Origin: an uncultured virus (IMG/VR IMGVR_UViG_3300003478_000003)
Lineage: Duplodnaviria > Heunggongvirae > Uroviricota > Caudoviricetes
DNA: 64,000 nucleotides
Strand: one strand, 5' to 3'
Virus record (IMG/VR): IMGVR_UViG_3300003478_000003
Coordinates: 1-64,000 of that record
Positions within the stretch are counted from its first letter, which is position 1; every line of letters starts with the position of its first letter. Positions 55,247 to 64,000 of this stretch are shown piece by piece. The position numbers and the translations under genes are program-made. The notes under the pieces are model-generated. The model searched no databases, was not told where the DNA came from, and saw nothing but the letters and a program-made list of their open reading frames with translations.

Positions 55247-56004
55247 TATGCTATCCTTTGATCAATAATTAAGGTGTCCTCAAACCCCTCAATATACATA
55301 GTAACTCTATCGCCATGCTTTAGATATAGTTCTGGTTTATCATTGAATACTGCATTGCGTTCCATTAAGCAACCAAATCCATCCATACGCACAGAAGAAC
55401 TTACTGTTCCACTGCCAATTAATGTTCCTTCGCTTAATGTTCTAGTTTTTGCCGCGTGTTCTATCAAGTCAGCAAAACTAAATGTCATCTGTTGTGCTGT
55501 ATTTATTTTTCCAACACGTTCTTCATTTAACTCAATTATCATGTTTGCGTGTAATTTACAATCTGTATGAAACATTCCTTTTATTTGTAGTGTTTCATGG
55601 CAATATTTGCCTAACGCACTATGAGGTTTGCTTTGGAAAAATCCAAATCCTTTTGCTAATTCTGCGGGTATTAATTTACGTAAACTAATGTCGTTTATAA
55701 TAGTAATATACTTAATGTGTTCATATGCTTCGTCAGCAGTAGTGCCTAACGGAACTTCATCAACAATAACACCTACCTCTGCTTCAAAGTCTATTCCATA
55801 TTCCTCAGGGAATGGATGTATGTTTTCATTCCACAATAAAAATTTGTCACTAACGCCTTGATACATTAATGGATCCCAATTAAAACTATCGGGCATTTTT
55901 GCTCCACGAGCCGCACGTAATCTCTCCATATGTATAAGATATGCACTACCATCACAAAATTGTGTTATATTTAGATCACTCGTCAGTGTGTGTTGTATTT
56001 TCAT
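55246..56004 (-). CDS. fumarylacetoacetate hydrolase family protein
   Basis: DGSAY..H, PLMYQG, DFEAE, NDISLR, GFGFFQSKP, GSGTVS. Confidence 0.9.
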   Translation of the reverse strand: MKIQHTLTSDLNITQFCDGSAYLIHMERLRAARGAKMPDSFNWDPLMYQGVSDKFLLWNENIHPFPEEYGIDFEAEVGVIVDEVPLGTTADEAYEHIKYITIINDISLRKLIPAELAKGFGFFQSKPHSALGKYCHETLQIKGMFHTDCKLHANMIIELNEERVGKINTAQQMTFSFADLIEHAAKTRTLSEGTLIGSGTVSSSVRMDGFGCLMERNAVFNDKPELYLKHGDRVTMYIEGFEDTLIIDQRIA

Positions 56005-56419
56005 TTTGCATATTACATGTTATTTCTAATCGTAAATTGTTTGGATCAAAAAAGTATATACTATATATCCAATCATCGTGATTAGTTGGGCCTATAACAT
56101 CTAGTCCTCTTGATGTTAATTCAGCAAACCAAGCATCTACATTCTCAACAGTACCAACATCAAATGCAAAATGTACTACCCAATCTTCGCAATCTGTTGT
56201 AGTTGCTTCGCCATCGCCTAAATCAAAAAATGCAATGCAACTTTTGTCTGGCATTTGGAAAAATATGTGTTTGTATGGAGCATATGCTCCGGTACTTGGA
56301 ACGTGATCTTTTTCTATAGTATGGACGTGGGGTAACCCCAATACATTAGTATAAAATTCTATTGTTTCATCTGCATCTCTACACTTCCATGCAAAATGGT
56401 GTAGTTGCTTTAATTTCAT
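55976..56419 (-). CDS. VOC/glyoxalase family protein
   Basis: LHHFAW.C, FY..VLG, HFAF, SIYFFDPN..RLE. Confidence 0.88.
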   Translation of the reverse strand: MKLKQLHHFAWKCRDADETIEFYTNVLGLPHVHTIEKDHVPSTGAYAPYKHIFFQMPDKSCIAFFDLGDGEATTTDCEDWVVHFAFDVGTVENVDAWFAELTSRGLDVIGPTNHDDWIYSIYFFDPNNLRLEITCNMQNENTTHTDE

Positions 56420-56420
56420 A

Positions 56421-56840
56421 TTATATGCGCGAAGTTTTTTCTACCGCGATCGCCTCGCGTTTTTCCATGCCGCGTGTCCATGCCGCCGCTCCAAGTATAG
56501 CACCAAAAGCAATATGAAACAAGCCACCACCTTGTAATGTTAAGGACTGCCAGTCGCCTTTATTCATCATAATATTTAATGCTTCAGACTGTTGTTCAAC
56601 TGGCATCTGCAATACATACTTAAATATCTCTGCTAAATCGTGTGGTTGTGCTTGTACATAATAAGGTGCAATAATAAAATCAAATATACAGATAGCCAAA
56701 TATGTTAATGCAGCTATTGGACGCCATAATGAACGCATCCATTTAGCAATAGGACCATTAGAGTTGTTGCTTGCTATTGGTGTTACTGATAAATGTTCTG
56801 ATACCGCAGTTTCTCTAACTGCTGTCCTGGTTCTTGTCAT
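56421..56840 (-). CDS. 3TM holin-like protein
   Basis: WRP, FDF..P, LTLQGGGLFHIAFGAILG..AWTRG.EK. Confidence 0.7.
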   Translation of the reverse strand: MTRTRTAVRETAVSEHLSVTPIASNNSNGPIAKWMRSLWRPIAALTYLAICIFDFIIAPYYVQAQPHDLAEIFKYVLQMPVEQQSEALNIMMNKGDWQSLTLQGGGLFHIAFGAILGAAAWTRGMEKREAIAVEKTSRI

Positions 56841-57432
56841 AGTTCCTCGTTAAATTGAATGTAGTAATACCTTCATCCTGTACAATATTACTTATCTTAA
56901 TTGTCGAGTCAGTTCTTGTGATTACTTTTGCATACAAACTATCCACTAAGTGGTTGCGAAATCCTCGATATGTTAAACTACGTCCATGCGACTTATCATT
57001 AATTCCGTTCCTAAAATCACCAATTAAAACAACATCAGTACCTGTGCCACACACTCTTAGTAATTCTGATATGCTTTTTTGCATAAGTTCCACATCACTA
57101 TTGTCAAATGGTAAACAATTAACTAATTTTAAACCATTTATATTATATGCATGCCAGTGTTGAATACGATCATCAGTTGAGCAGTCAAATTTATACACTT
57201 CACAATGATAACAGTTCTGTTTATCTACCATTGGAGTGTTATTAGAAATAATACATAGACCGGTATCACCATTATCTATCCATTGGTGGTATGCCGTCAA
57301 TTGGCTAGCAATAGGATACGGAACCTGTTGCAGAAAGCACAGGTCATATTGGCCTAAGATTTCCTTAGGAAATTCGCTAGTGTTTCTCCAATGAACACTA
57401 GACGTCAGGATCTTTAGTGTCTGCGTGTTCAT
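56815..57432 (-). CDS. degenerate endonuclease/exonuclease/phosphatase-like protein
   Basis: DLCFLQQV, GLCIIS, VVLIGDF. Confidence 0.5.
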   Translation of the reverse strand: MNTQTLKILTSSVHWRNTSEFPKEILGQYDLCFLQQVPYPIASQLTAYHQWIDNGDTGLCIISNNTPMVDKQNCYHCEVYKFDCSTDDRIQHWHAYNINGLKLVNCLPFDNSDVELMQKSISELLRVCGTGTDVVLIGDFRNGINDKSHGRSLTYRGFRNHLVDSLYAKVITRTDSTIKISNIVQDEGITTFNLTRNYDKNQDSS

Positions 57433-57592
57433 TTTCGTCTTTCAAAATTTCTACATCAGTTTTCTTTACTATATGTGTTAATAGACGATCTACTTTTTTC
57501 TGAAACCAAACGCCCATTTTGGTATCTTTAAACCACATCCAAAATGCTGACGCTATTACGTTCAGTACGATAACTTTGATTAAAACCCACAT
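57398..57592 (-). CDS. small membrane protein, late
   Basis: N-terminal TM; TATAAATA at 57598-57605. Confidence 0.6.
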   Translation of the reverse strand: MWVLIKVIVLNVIASAFWMWFKDTKMGVWFQKKVDRLLTHIVKKTDVEILKDENEHADTKDPDV

Positions 57593-57620
57593 GCATCTAT
57601 TTATATGGGTTTATTATAAT

Positions 57621-58016
57621 TTACTTGAATTGTTTGTTGTGTTCTATAAGAGCGTTATCTTGGTCTTTGTAGTATTCTTCGTAAGCAATAATAATTGCTT
57701 GCTGTTGTTGAACTAGTTTTCGAATAGCGGCCATGTTGAGAGATAAATTCTCATAACCAGTATCGGTTAAACCAAATATTGCTCCATCTACGCTTTCTTT
57801 AGATAATTTGTGAAAAACATCATCTACATTTTCTGGTGTAACAATAATCCATTTAACTTCTCTCTGATTAATTGTATCTGTACTTGGTAAATTTAATGGA
57901 ACACGTACTGCTGGTTTTACTTGTATTGCTACTTTAGGTGGATTAGTGCTACACCCTGAGAGGGCAAATGGGCCTAAAGCAAGTATAGATGTACCTACAA
58001 TAATTTCTTTTAACAT
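57621..58016 (-). CDS. o-spanin (outer-membrane lipoprotein)
   Basis: Lipobox LSGC; Pro-rich segment; YENLSLN.......QQ..II..Y..YY. Confidence 0.8.
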   Translation of the reverse strand: MLKEIIVGTSILALGPFALSGCSTNPPKVAIQVKPAVRVPLNLPSTDTINQREVKWIIVTPENVDDVFHKLSKESVDGAIFGLTDTGYENLSLNMAAIRKLVQQQQAIIIAYEEYYKDQDNALIEHNKQFK

Positions 58017-58508
58017 TTACTCGTCCTCCTTGGGATGATAGTTTGGATTGGCTACAGATGGACATTCTGTATTAATTTGACTTGGTTTTGTAGCAGTAAT
58101 TTCTTTATTAGTTAAAGGACTACCACTGAGTATTTCAAAGCATCGCAATACCCTAGCAGATGCTTTACTTATTACTCTTTCAATTAATTTTGGTTTATTC
58201 TCAGCAAGTTTTCCAATGTCGCGTGTACCAAAATTAGCAGATAATTTACCAAATCTACCTACTAGATTGTCATAATCTTTTTGTGATTGTGCAAATCTTT
58301 GGTTTAAGTTGTCAACTACTTGTTGAATTTTTTCTCTGTCTCTGTCAGCCTGTGCTATTGCTTCATTTTGTAATGCAATTTTTGTATCTCTAACAGCTGC
58401 CTCGGCAATTAAAACGGCTTTTTCCTGTTGGGAATTTTGGTAGTACATGTAACCACCACCGCCACCGATGCCCATGATGACTATTAGAATCATGACTATG
58501 TATGACAT
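58017..58508 (-). CDS. i-spanin
   Basis: N-terminal TM, coiled coil, LA..KP.LIE..I, C-terminal Cys; immediately upstream of the o-spanin. Confidence 0.8.
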   Translation of the reverse strand: MSYIVMILIVIMGIGGGGGYMYYQNSQQEKAVLIAEAAVRDTKIALQNEAIAQADRDREKIQQVVDNLNQRFAQSQKDYDNLVGRFGKLSANFGTRDIGKLAENKPKLIERVISKASARVLRCFEILSGSPLTNKEITATKPSQINTECPSVANPNYHPKEDE

Positions 58509-58547
58509 AATTAACTCCTGCGTATAATAATATGCTACTATTATTTA

Positions 58548-59330
58548 TTACTTCATAGGTACGCGGGCGTTAATTCTGAGTTGTTGTAACTGATCTTTAA
58601 TATTTTGCTCTTTTGCTAGAAAAGAGTCATATTGTTCTGGGGTAACTGGAAGTGTGTTGTGTAATTCTTCCATCGTTAGTGTTTTACTGCTTTTATAATG
58701 TTTAAATGACCAATTATCAATGCCTGTTAGTTTTTCAACACCTGTTAACATTTCAGATAATACATCTTTGAATGTATCTTTACGTTCAAACTCTACAAAT
58801 ACAACGTAATCACCATCAATATTTTCACTTGAAATATTATCAGCATCTATAACATCTGTATAACCACGCTCAACAAATGACATTAAGTCCTTTGCGGCAT
58901 CATTATTTTTAACTTCCATTGCTAATACAATAACATCCTTATCTTCACCTAATTTGCTTTTATGTTTATCTACAAAAATTGTAGAATTTACAAGATCTGC
59001 CAAATCTAAAGCATTGAGGTCTTCATTAATTGGAGATTCGCCTAAATGAGTTAAGTCACTTGAAAAATCACCACCAATTTCTTGTGTTGTTATTGTATCT
59101 GTAACAGGTATAGTAGGATCTGCAGATATTACTTTTCTTGCTGTTGTATTTGATTTTGGATCGTTTGTTGTTATAGTAGTTATGTCTGGTTCCCCATCTA
59201 CTCTTTTTGTAACAGTCTTTTTTGTAGGCCGTAAATTATCACGTATTTTAGCAATATTTGCTTTTTCTTTTATTTTCTTTTTAGCTACATTACTTAAATT
59301 ATCTTCTAAAATTTCTCTAAAATTTTTCAT
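58548..59330 (-). CDS. conserved large-phage hypothetical protein
   Basis: D.H.SKLG.D.D.IV, AKDL..FVERGY..V.DAD, Y.VFVE..R; MKNFREILED leader. Confidence 0.65.
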   Translation of the reverse strand: MKNFREILEDNLSNVAKKKIKEKANIAKIRDNLRPTKKTVTKRVDGEPDITTITTNDPKSNTTARKVISADPTIPVTDTITTQEIGGDFSSDLTHLGESPINEDLNALDLADLVNSTIFVDKHKSKLGEDKDVIVLAMEVKNNDAAKDLMSFVERGYTDVIDADNISSENIDGDYVVFVEFERKDTFKDVLSEMLTGVEKLTGIDNWSFKHYKSSKTLTMEELHNTLPVTPEQYDSFLAKEQNIKDQLQQLRINARVPMK

Positions 59331-59887
59331 TAGATCATTCCTCCTTCCATTTCTGGCTCCATAGCCATTTCTGGAGCGGCCGCAGCCTGAGCAAGATTTT
59401 CTTGTTCAGCTTGTTCAATATCCTCCAAATCTAATTTTTCACCTTCCAACTCTACATAACCACGTTCAATGTTTGTCATTAACTTGCGTGGAATTTTAAT
59501 ATTAACTATCCAAATTGGCGTTTCTTTAGTTTCAACTTTTTGATGAACTTCTTGTTCACCTGCTTTCTTTGGATATACGTTTAAGTCTTTAATAGGTTTT
59601 GTTAATTTAGACTTTCTATATGTTATAGTAATATCATAGTCTAGTAAGCGTTTTGCGCCAAGGGGATTGGGCATTAACTTACGTGGCCACATAAATTCAC
59701 ATTCTACAAAATAACGAGAATGGGTAGGACCAACAACTAATTCACCCTTATCCCAGTTTTCAAACACATATAAATCAAGTGTATCTAAAACACGTTCAAA
59801 ATCTAGTAAATTTTCTAATGCGTTGTTACTTAAATAGATATTTTTAGTATTATCTAAAACGTCATATAATTCTATTTTATTGGCCAT
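59330..59887 (-). CDS. conserved large-phage hypothetical protein
   Basis: LLDFERVLD.LDLYVFENW.KGELV.GP...RY...WP..LMP.P.GA.RL. Confidence 0.7.
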   Translation of the reverse strand: MANKIELYDVLDNTKNIYLSNNALENLLDFERVLDTLDLYVFENWDKGELVVGPTHSRYFVECEFMWPRKLMPNPLGAKRLLDYDITITYRKSKLTKPIKDLNVYPKKAGEQEVHQKVETKETPIWIVNIKIPRKLMTNIERGYVELEGEKLDLEDIEQAEQENLAQAAAAPEMAMEPEMEGGMI

Positions 59888-59891
59888 AATC

Positions 59892-60098
59892 TTATTTATC
59901 CAATTTACCCCATTGAATGTTATTCCATAAGCGTTCATAGCCATAGTATAAAACCATTGTCAATATAGCACCTATTGTTAAAAGACCTGTTGACTTCCAT
60001 GAACCTGTTACAGCATATGCAAGTATCGGCCAATATATAAAATTAAATACACGCCATATAATTGTTTTAACTAATGTTCGTTTATGCGAGTCAGGCAT
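59892..60098 (-). CDS. DUF2061-like small membrane protein
   Basis: DSHKRTLVKTIIWR...YY.YERLW..IQWG. Confidence 0.75.
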   Translation of the reverse strand: MPDSHKRTLVKTIIWRVFNFIYWPILAYAVTGSWKSTGLLTIGAILTMVLYYGYERLWNNIQWGKLDK

Positions 60099-60724
60099 TC
60101 GTCTCCGTCCAATATATCTTGTGTTTTGTTTGTTATAGTTCCAGTGCATTGTAAAAGACATCGAGGTTCCCACCCTGCATTAGCGGTGGCGTGTGGCATA
60201 TTTGCCCAATCAAACCAAAACACATCTCCTGCTTGCCATCTGCATAAACTTGTGCCAAACTGTATAAAATGGCCAGGCTTCCAGTCTTCTAAAAATATTA
60301 AAAATCGGGATACTTTAGATGGATCATCATTCATTTCATATAGCTTATCAATATGTAAATTGACCATTTCACCTGGATATTGTATATGAAATGCTGTTTT
60401 AGAGTTTAATAACCCTAAACAATCTACCATAGTTTGCCATATTCCAGTAATGTCTCTTGAGCGGCGATACATGACTGTATCAGGGTTTTGACCAGCTCTA
60501 ACTAAATCATTAACTTCAGTATCTAAACTAGCATCACTATTATGATAATTTTTCTTTCTAGTTTTCCAAGTAACTGGCTCAACACTATTTTTAATTTGCT
60601 GTAATTCATTGGACCAGTCGCCTATAAAACGAGTAACTTTTTTAAAATCAGTCTCTTGACTAGGCAAACTCCATTCAAAATGATAGTTACTTTGTGCTTT
60701 GCCAAGATCCCAGTTGCTTTCCAT
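60071..60724 (-). CDS. double-stranded beta-helix (2OG-Fe(II) oxygenase-like) protein, copy 1
   Basis: Q.PGEMVNLHID (HxD), R..IFL.DW.PG, W.AG, PHATANA, R...Q.TG. Confidence 0.65.
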   Translation of the reverse strand: MESNWDLGKAQSNYHFEWSLPSQETDFKKVTRFIGDWSNELQQIKNSVEPVTWKTRKKNYHNSDASLDTEVNDLVRAGQNPDTVMYRRSRDITGIWQTMVDCLGLLNSKTAFHIQYPGEMVNLHIDKLYEMNDDPSKVSRFLIFLEDWKPGHFIQFGTSLCRWQAGDVFWFDWANMPHATANAGWEPRCLLQCTGTITNKTQDILDGDECLTRINEH

Positions 60725-60725
60725 A

Positions 60726-61076
60726 CTAATATACTCCATCAAATATAAAATAATCTACAGTAAATGTTAGTTCAGCACCAATAAAAACTGCTAACCAATA
60801 ATTATTTAACCAATCCCATAACTGCTTGATTACCCACCAAGCACATAATACTCTAATAGAGTATACCACATCAGCCCATATTATGTCAAGCCATAAAAAC
60901 GAATCTGCTTCAAAATAGTTGTAAAATAGGATATTGTCAGCTAAAAAACTTAATTGGGCCATAAAGAATACTGCCCAATAGTAAGTTATATATTTGTTTA
61001 AGAACTTAACTATTGGTCCGGAAACAACCAATCTATAAAGTACATAAATTATATTAGTGACAGCTAGTTCTATCAT
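60726..61076 (-). CDS. multi-TM membrane protein
   Basis: Hydrophobic, with two similar halves (YWAVF..AQLSF..D / YWLAVF.GAELTF..D). Confidence 0.6.
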   Translation of the reverse strand: MIELAVTNIIYVLYRLVVSGPIVKFLNKYITYYWAVFFMAQLSFLADNILFYNYFEADSFLWLDIIWADVVYSIRVLCAWWVIKQLWDWLNNYWLAVFIGAELTFTVDYFIFDGVY

Positions 61077-61723
61077 ACAGCGCCTTTCCGGTTACTTGCT
61101 AACTTTATTGTTTTATCTAATTTTGATTCTGCTTGTGATATGTATTTTTCATTAGCATCTTTAGATAATATTTCTGATAGTTTAGCATCATCTATTGTTA
61201 CTTCATTTGGTAACAATCCTAGTTGTTTTTCTAACCATTGTAAATATCTTATCTCATACAAGTATAATAACTCTTGACTAGCAAATACTGTTTTATGGTT
61301 AAGTGTTATACTAACTAACTGTTTTATAAAAAACGGTGTTGTATGTTTTCCTCTTACACGTTCTTGCTGTAATTTTACAATATTACTATCTCTTCCTATT
61401 ATAAGAAATTGAATTCTACAAAACTTCCTTGCTACTTCTATAAAACTATTATATGCTGGAATAGTTTCTACGCCATCATCAAAATAAGGACAACTAATAC
61501 TTGTAATAAAATAATTGCTTTGTTCCCAATCAAATTCATTTAGCTTTGATGGATCTTTCCAACACTCTGCGAAAGGTTCTAAATCATGACCTTCCCAATA
61601 CTTTTCTTGTAGTTTAGGCCATACAAATATATTTTTATTTTGTCCTAATGCTTTGCTGAATAAGTGATTACCACTACCTTGTGGTCCTGTCATTATTGTT
61701 AGTATTGGTTTCAACGTTAACAA
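61073..61723 (-). CDS. P-loop/sulfotransferase-like protein
   Basis: TGPQGSGNHLFSK; IIGRD. Confidence 0.55.
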   Translation of the reverse strand: MLTLKPILTIMTGPQGSGNHLFSKALGQNKNIFVWPKLQEKYWEGHDLEPFAECWKDPSKLNEFDWEQSNYFITSISCPYFDDGVETIPAYNSFIEVARKFCRIQFLIIGRDSNIVKLQQERVRGKHTTPFFIKQLVSITLNHKTVFASQELLYLYEIRYLQWLEKQLGLLPNEVTIDDAKLSEILSKDANEKYISQAESKLDKTIKLASNRKGAV

Positions 61724-61729
61724 GACTTC

Positions 61730-62476
61730 TTACGCTAGTGTCCATACTGTATCACTTGATCCATTAGCAATAATCTCTCTAGTCTTTTCAGATTTTAGTC
61801 CTGTAATCTGGATAATTGGTCTTGGGAAATTACTAGCATTCGCTGTGGCGTGTGGTGCATTTGCCCAATCAAAGATATGTGCCTCGCCAGCTTTCCATCT
61901 TTCATAGATAAAATTACCATACATATAAAACTGTCCTGGTCTCCAATCATCTAAGAAAAATGCAATACGACATATTTGTTCTGGATCATCAATACATCTA
62001 TCCCATAGCTTATCAATATGTAAGTTAAACATTTGACCTGTTAATTGAACATGGGCTCTATATTTTAACTCGTCTTTACTGCCTATTACCCCAAAGTGTT
62101 CTTTCATTTTAACAAGCATTGGATAATCTTCTAACTCATCTTTCATATTTGTAAGCATAAGTTTTTTAGGATCTCCGCCTCCTTGTTCAATATCGTATTC
62201 TTCTTGTTTTAGCATTGGAGATTCGTCTTCTTTATCTCCATAGAATTTACGTGATTCCCAATTAATTGCTTTAGTTGAATTTTCAACTAATCTATCTCTA
62301 TCTTCTTTCCAAAGTTCAGGATTATCAAATCGGCCTAATACCTTAAACCATTCACCTTCTTTATCTTTAACGTTATCATCAAAATGATATTCGCTATGTG
62401 CTACTGTCCAATCCCAGTTCGAATCGAATTCAGATGGGTCTTTTAAGGTTTTAGACCAATCTGTTTTGTGTATCAT
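61730..62476 (-). CDS. 2OG-Fe(II) oxygenase-like protein, copy 2
   Basis: QLTGQMFNLHIDKL, FLDDWRPG, WKAG, PHATANA, R..IQITG. Confidence 0.65.
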   Translation of the reverse strand: MIHKTDWSKTLKDPSEFDSNWDWTVAHSEYHFDDNVKDKEGEWFKVLGRFDNPELWKEDRDRLVENSTKAINWESRKFYGDKEDESPMLKQEEYDIEQGGGDPKKLMLTNMKDELEDYPMLVKMKEHFGVIGSKDELKYRAHVQLTGQMFNLHIDKLWDRCIDDPEQICRIAFFLDDWRPGQFYMYGNFIYERWKAGEAHIFDWANAPHATANASNFPRPIIQITGLKSEKTREIIANGSSDTVWTLA

Positions 62477-63981
62477 GTGTAATCAAGTCCTTTGTCTTTT
62501 CTTACTAAACTATTTATGAATATGCCTAATGCTATTACAATACATACAAGGAAGATAGGATGATTATAAATGTTAAATAATTCTCCCCATCTAAATCCTT
62601 CCATCGACGTTAAGCCTGGCTTCCATTGTTTGTAACCGTACAGTTGTAAGGTTCCCCAGAAGTATTCATCTATTTTAAATGCTACAACGTATGCAACTAG
62701 AATTGCCGGTCTACTAATGTTATATATTTTACATACAACACCAATAGCACTTAATATAGCAAGTAAGGCCAAGTCTTCCCAGCCACCTGTATATTGCATA
62801 TTAGCATAAACAATTACTGCTAAAATAAATGTAGCATAAATCCAAAACGGAACTTCTAATATTTTAAGAATATATTTGTATAAGACTATACTCAACAATG
62901 CTACACCAACTGTTCCAAATATATAACCAAATGCCAGTGAATTTGTAAATTGTAAATCTTGTAGTAAACTTGGTGTGCCAATCTCCATACCGAAGTACAT
63001 ACAGATTGCCATAACCATAGCCGCAAATGGTGCCGCAGGAATACCAAACAAACAAGCAGGTATCATACTAGATACTTTCTGTGCATTGTTGGCTCCTTCA
63101 CAGCCTAGTAATCCTACAGGATTACCTTCACCAAATGGAACTTCTTGATCTTCTTCTTTGTGTGCGGCTTTGGTTGCACCGTATGCTAAGAAGTCACCTA
63201 CTGCTCCTCCTACGCCTGGCAATAAGCCAGTTACGAATCCAATTAGTCCACCTCTAACCATATCTTTCCAATGTCGTTTGCAATCACCAAAACCTTGTTT
63301 CAGTCCTGTCCAATAATTTCCTTCTAACGGTGGTGCCGCTGATTTTAATTTCTTTCTGAATCCGTCTAATAATTCAGGAACTCCGAATAAGCCTGATAGT
63401 AGAACCACCATGCCAATTCCATTTTGTAAATATTCCCAACCGAATGTCAGTCTAGGATTACTTACAACATCTTCTCCTACCATACCTACTGCTAATCCGA
63501 ATATGATTGCACAGATACTTAAGAAAACATTTTTACTTGCAACAAAGCCTACACAGGCTAGTGCCATTGTCATAAAGCCCAGAAACTCCGGGCGTCCAAA
63601 TAATACTATAATTTTTCCATAGTATGGAAGTAAAAAGAAAGTTAATGCCGCAAATACAACACCATTAAATGTTGAATCAGCAATAGCAATTCCCATTGCT
63701 CTAGCGGCTTGACCTTTCTTTGCCATAGGATAACCGTCAATAACACATGCCGCAGTAGTACTAGCGCCAGGAATACCAGTAAGAATACTTGTATAACTAT
63801 CTGCACTCGCACAACTTGCCACGATAGCAGTTAAAAAGACCAACCCCAAATAAGGGTCGGCCATAAAATATGCTCCCATGGTAAAGACAGTTATCAGAGC
63901 AGTAGTTACACCTGCGATAGGAATAATACCAACTAACATTCCATAACAAGTGCCAACTAATGCCCAGATAACATATTCCAT
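62473..63981 (-). CDS. tctA: tripartite tricarboxylate transporter large permease
   Basis: SILTGIPG.S......DGYPMAKKG.A..A, G.LPGVG, EGANNA, GIP; many TM helices. Confidence 0.88.
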   Translation of the reverse strand: MEYVIWALVGTCYGMLVGIIPIAGVTTALITVFTMGAYFMADPYLGLVFLTAIVASCASADSYTSILTGIPGASTTAACVIDGYPMAKKGQAARAMGIAIADSTFNGVVFAALTFFLLPYYGKIIVLFGRPEFLGFMTMALACVGFVASKNVFLSICAIIFGLAVGMVGEDVVSNPRLTFGWEYLQNGIGMVVLLSGLFGVPELLDGFRKKLKSAAPPLEGNYWTGLKQGFGDCKRHWKDMVRGGLIGFVTGLLPGVGGAVGDFLAYGATKAAHKEEDQEVPFGEGNPVGLLGCEGANNAQKVSSMIPACLFGIPAAPFAAMVMAICMYFGMEIGTPSLLQDLQFTNSLAFGYIFGTVGVALLSIVLYKYILKILEVPFWIYATFILAVIVYANMQYTGGWEDLALLAILSAIGVVCKIYNISRPAILVAYVVAFKIDEYFWGTLQLYGYKQWKPGLTSMEGFRWGELFNIYNHPIFLVCIVIALGIFINSLVRKDKGLDYT

Positions 63982-64000
63982 AGTGCTTTCCTTAGTCTAA

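Noticed and set aside
626..63622. Numerous plus-strand ORFs antisense to long minus-strand genes (e.g. 5263-5766, 33555-33995, 40153-40764)
   Set aside because: These are shadow ORFs fully overlapping well-supported genes, with Ser/Ile/Phe-biased antisense composition and no motifs.
3..63981. Stop-codon reassignment
   Set aside because: Conserved genes are full length under the standard code, and TAA, TAG and TGA all terminate genes.

Overview
This is a 64 kb AT-rich segment of a large lytic myovirus-type (T4-like or jumbo-like) phage, with almost all genes on the minus strand. Two-component spanins, an FdxA-type ferredoxin, TctA and IHF-like boxes point to a Gram-negative, probably aquatic proteobacterial host (inference). 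Core phage genes are a family-B DNA polymerase, a probable sliding clamp, RNase H, a gp4-like head-completion nuclease, a DsbA-like protein, a holin with spanins, and tail-fibre-like genes. The main accessory system is a 7-deazaguanine pathway: folE, queD, queE, a DpdL-like T-fold protein with an LxxxHRHxF motif, and a DpdA/TGT-like transglycosylase beside the clamp and polymerase. No queC or queF is visible in the window. The cluster is interleaved with a glycosyltransferase, a sugar-isomerase cupin, a purine phosphoribosyltransferase, an amidinotransferase and an FTR1-like iron permease. It may produce a further-decorated, undescribed 7-deazaguanine base. Other notable items are: a late-expressed multi-effector polyprotein punctuated by prohead-protease-like sites; an FG-GAP autotransporter-like surface protein; a ParB/PD-(D/E)xK fusion; a four-copy early-promoter module with a fixed-offset IHF-consensus box; two structured 5' leaders; many leaderless transcripts; a tail-fibre deletion scar; and many host-derived metabolic and proteostasis genes (guaC, purN, Leu/Phe/Val dehydrogenase, class III aminotransferase-FAH-VOC, clpA, clpP, dnaJ, def, MoxR-VWA). 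All assignments come from motif recognition by eye, and no searches were run. No tRNA, rRNA, CRISPR array or IS element was recognised.
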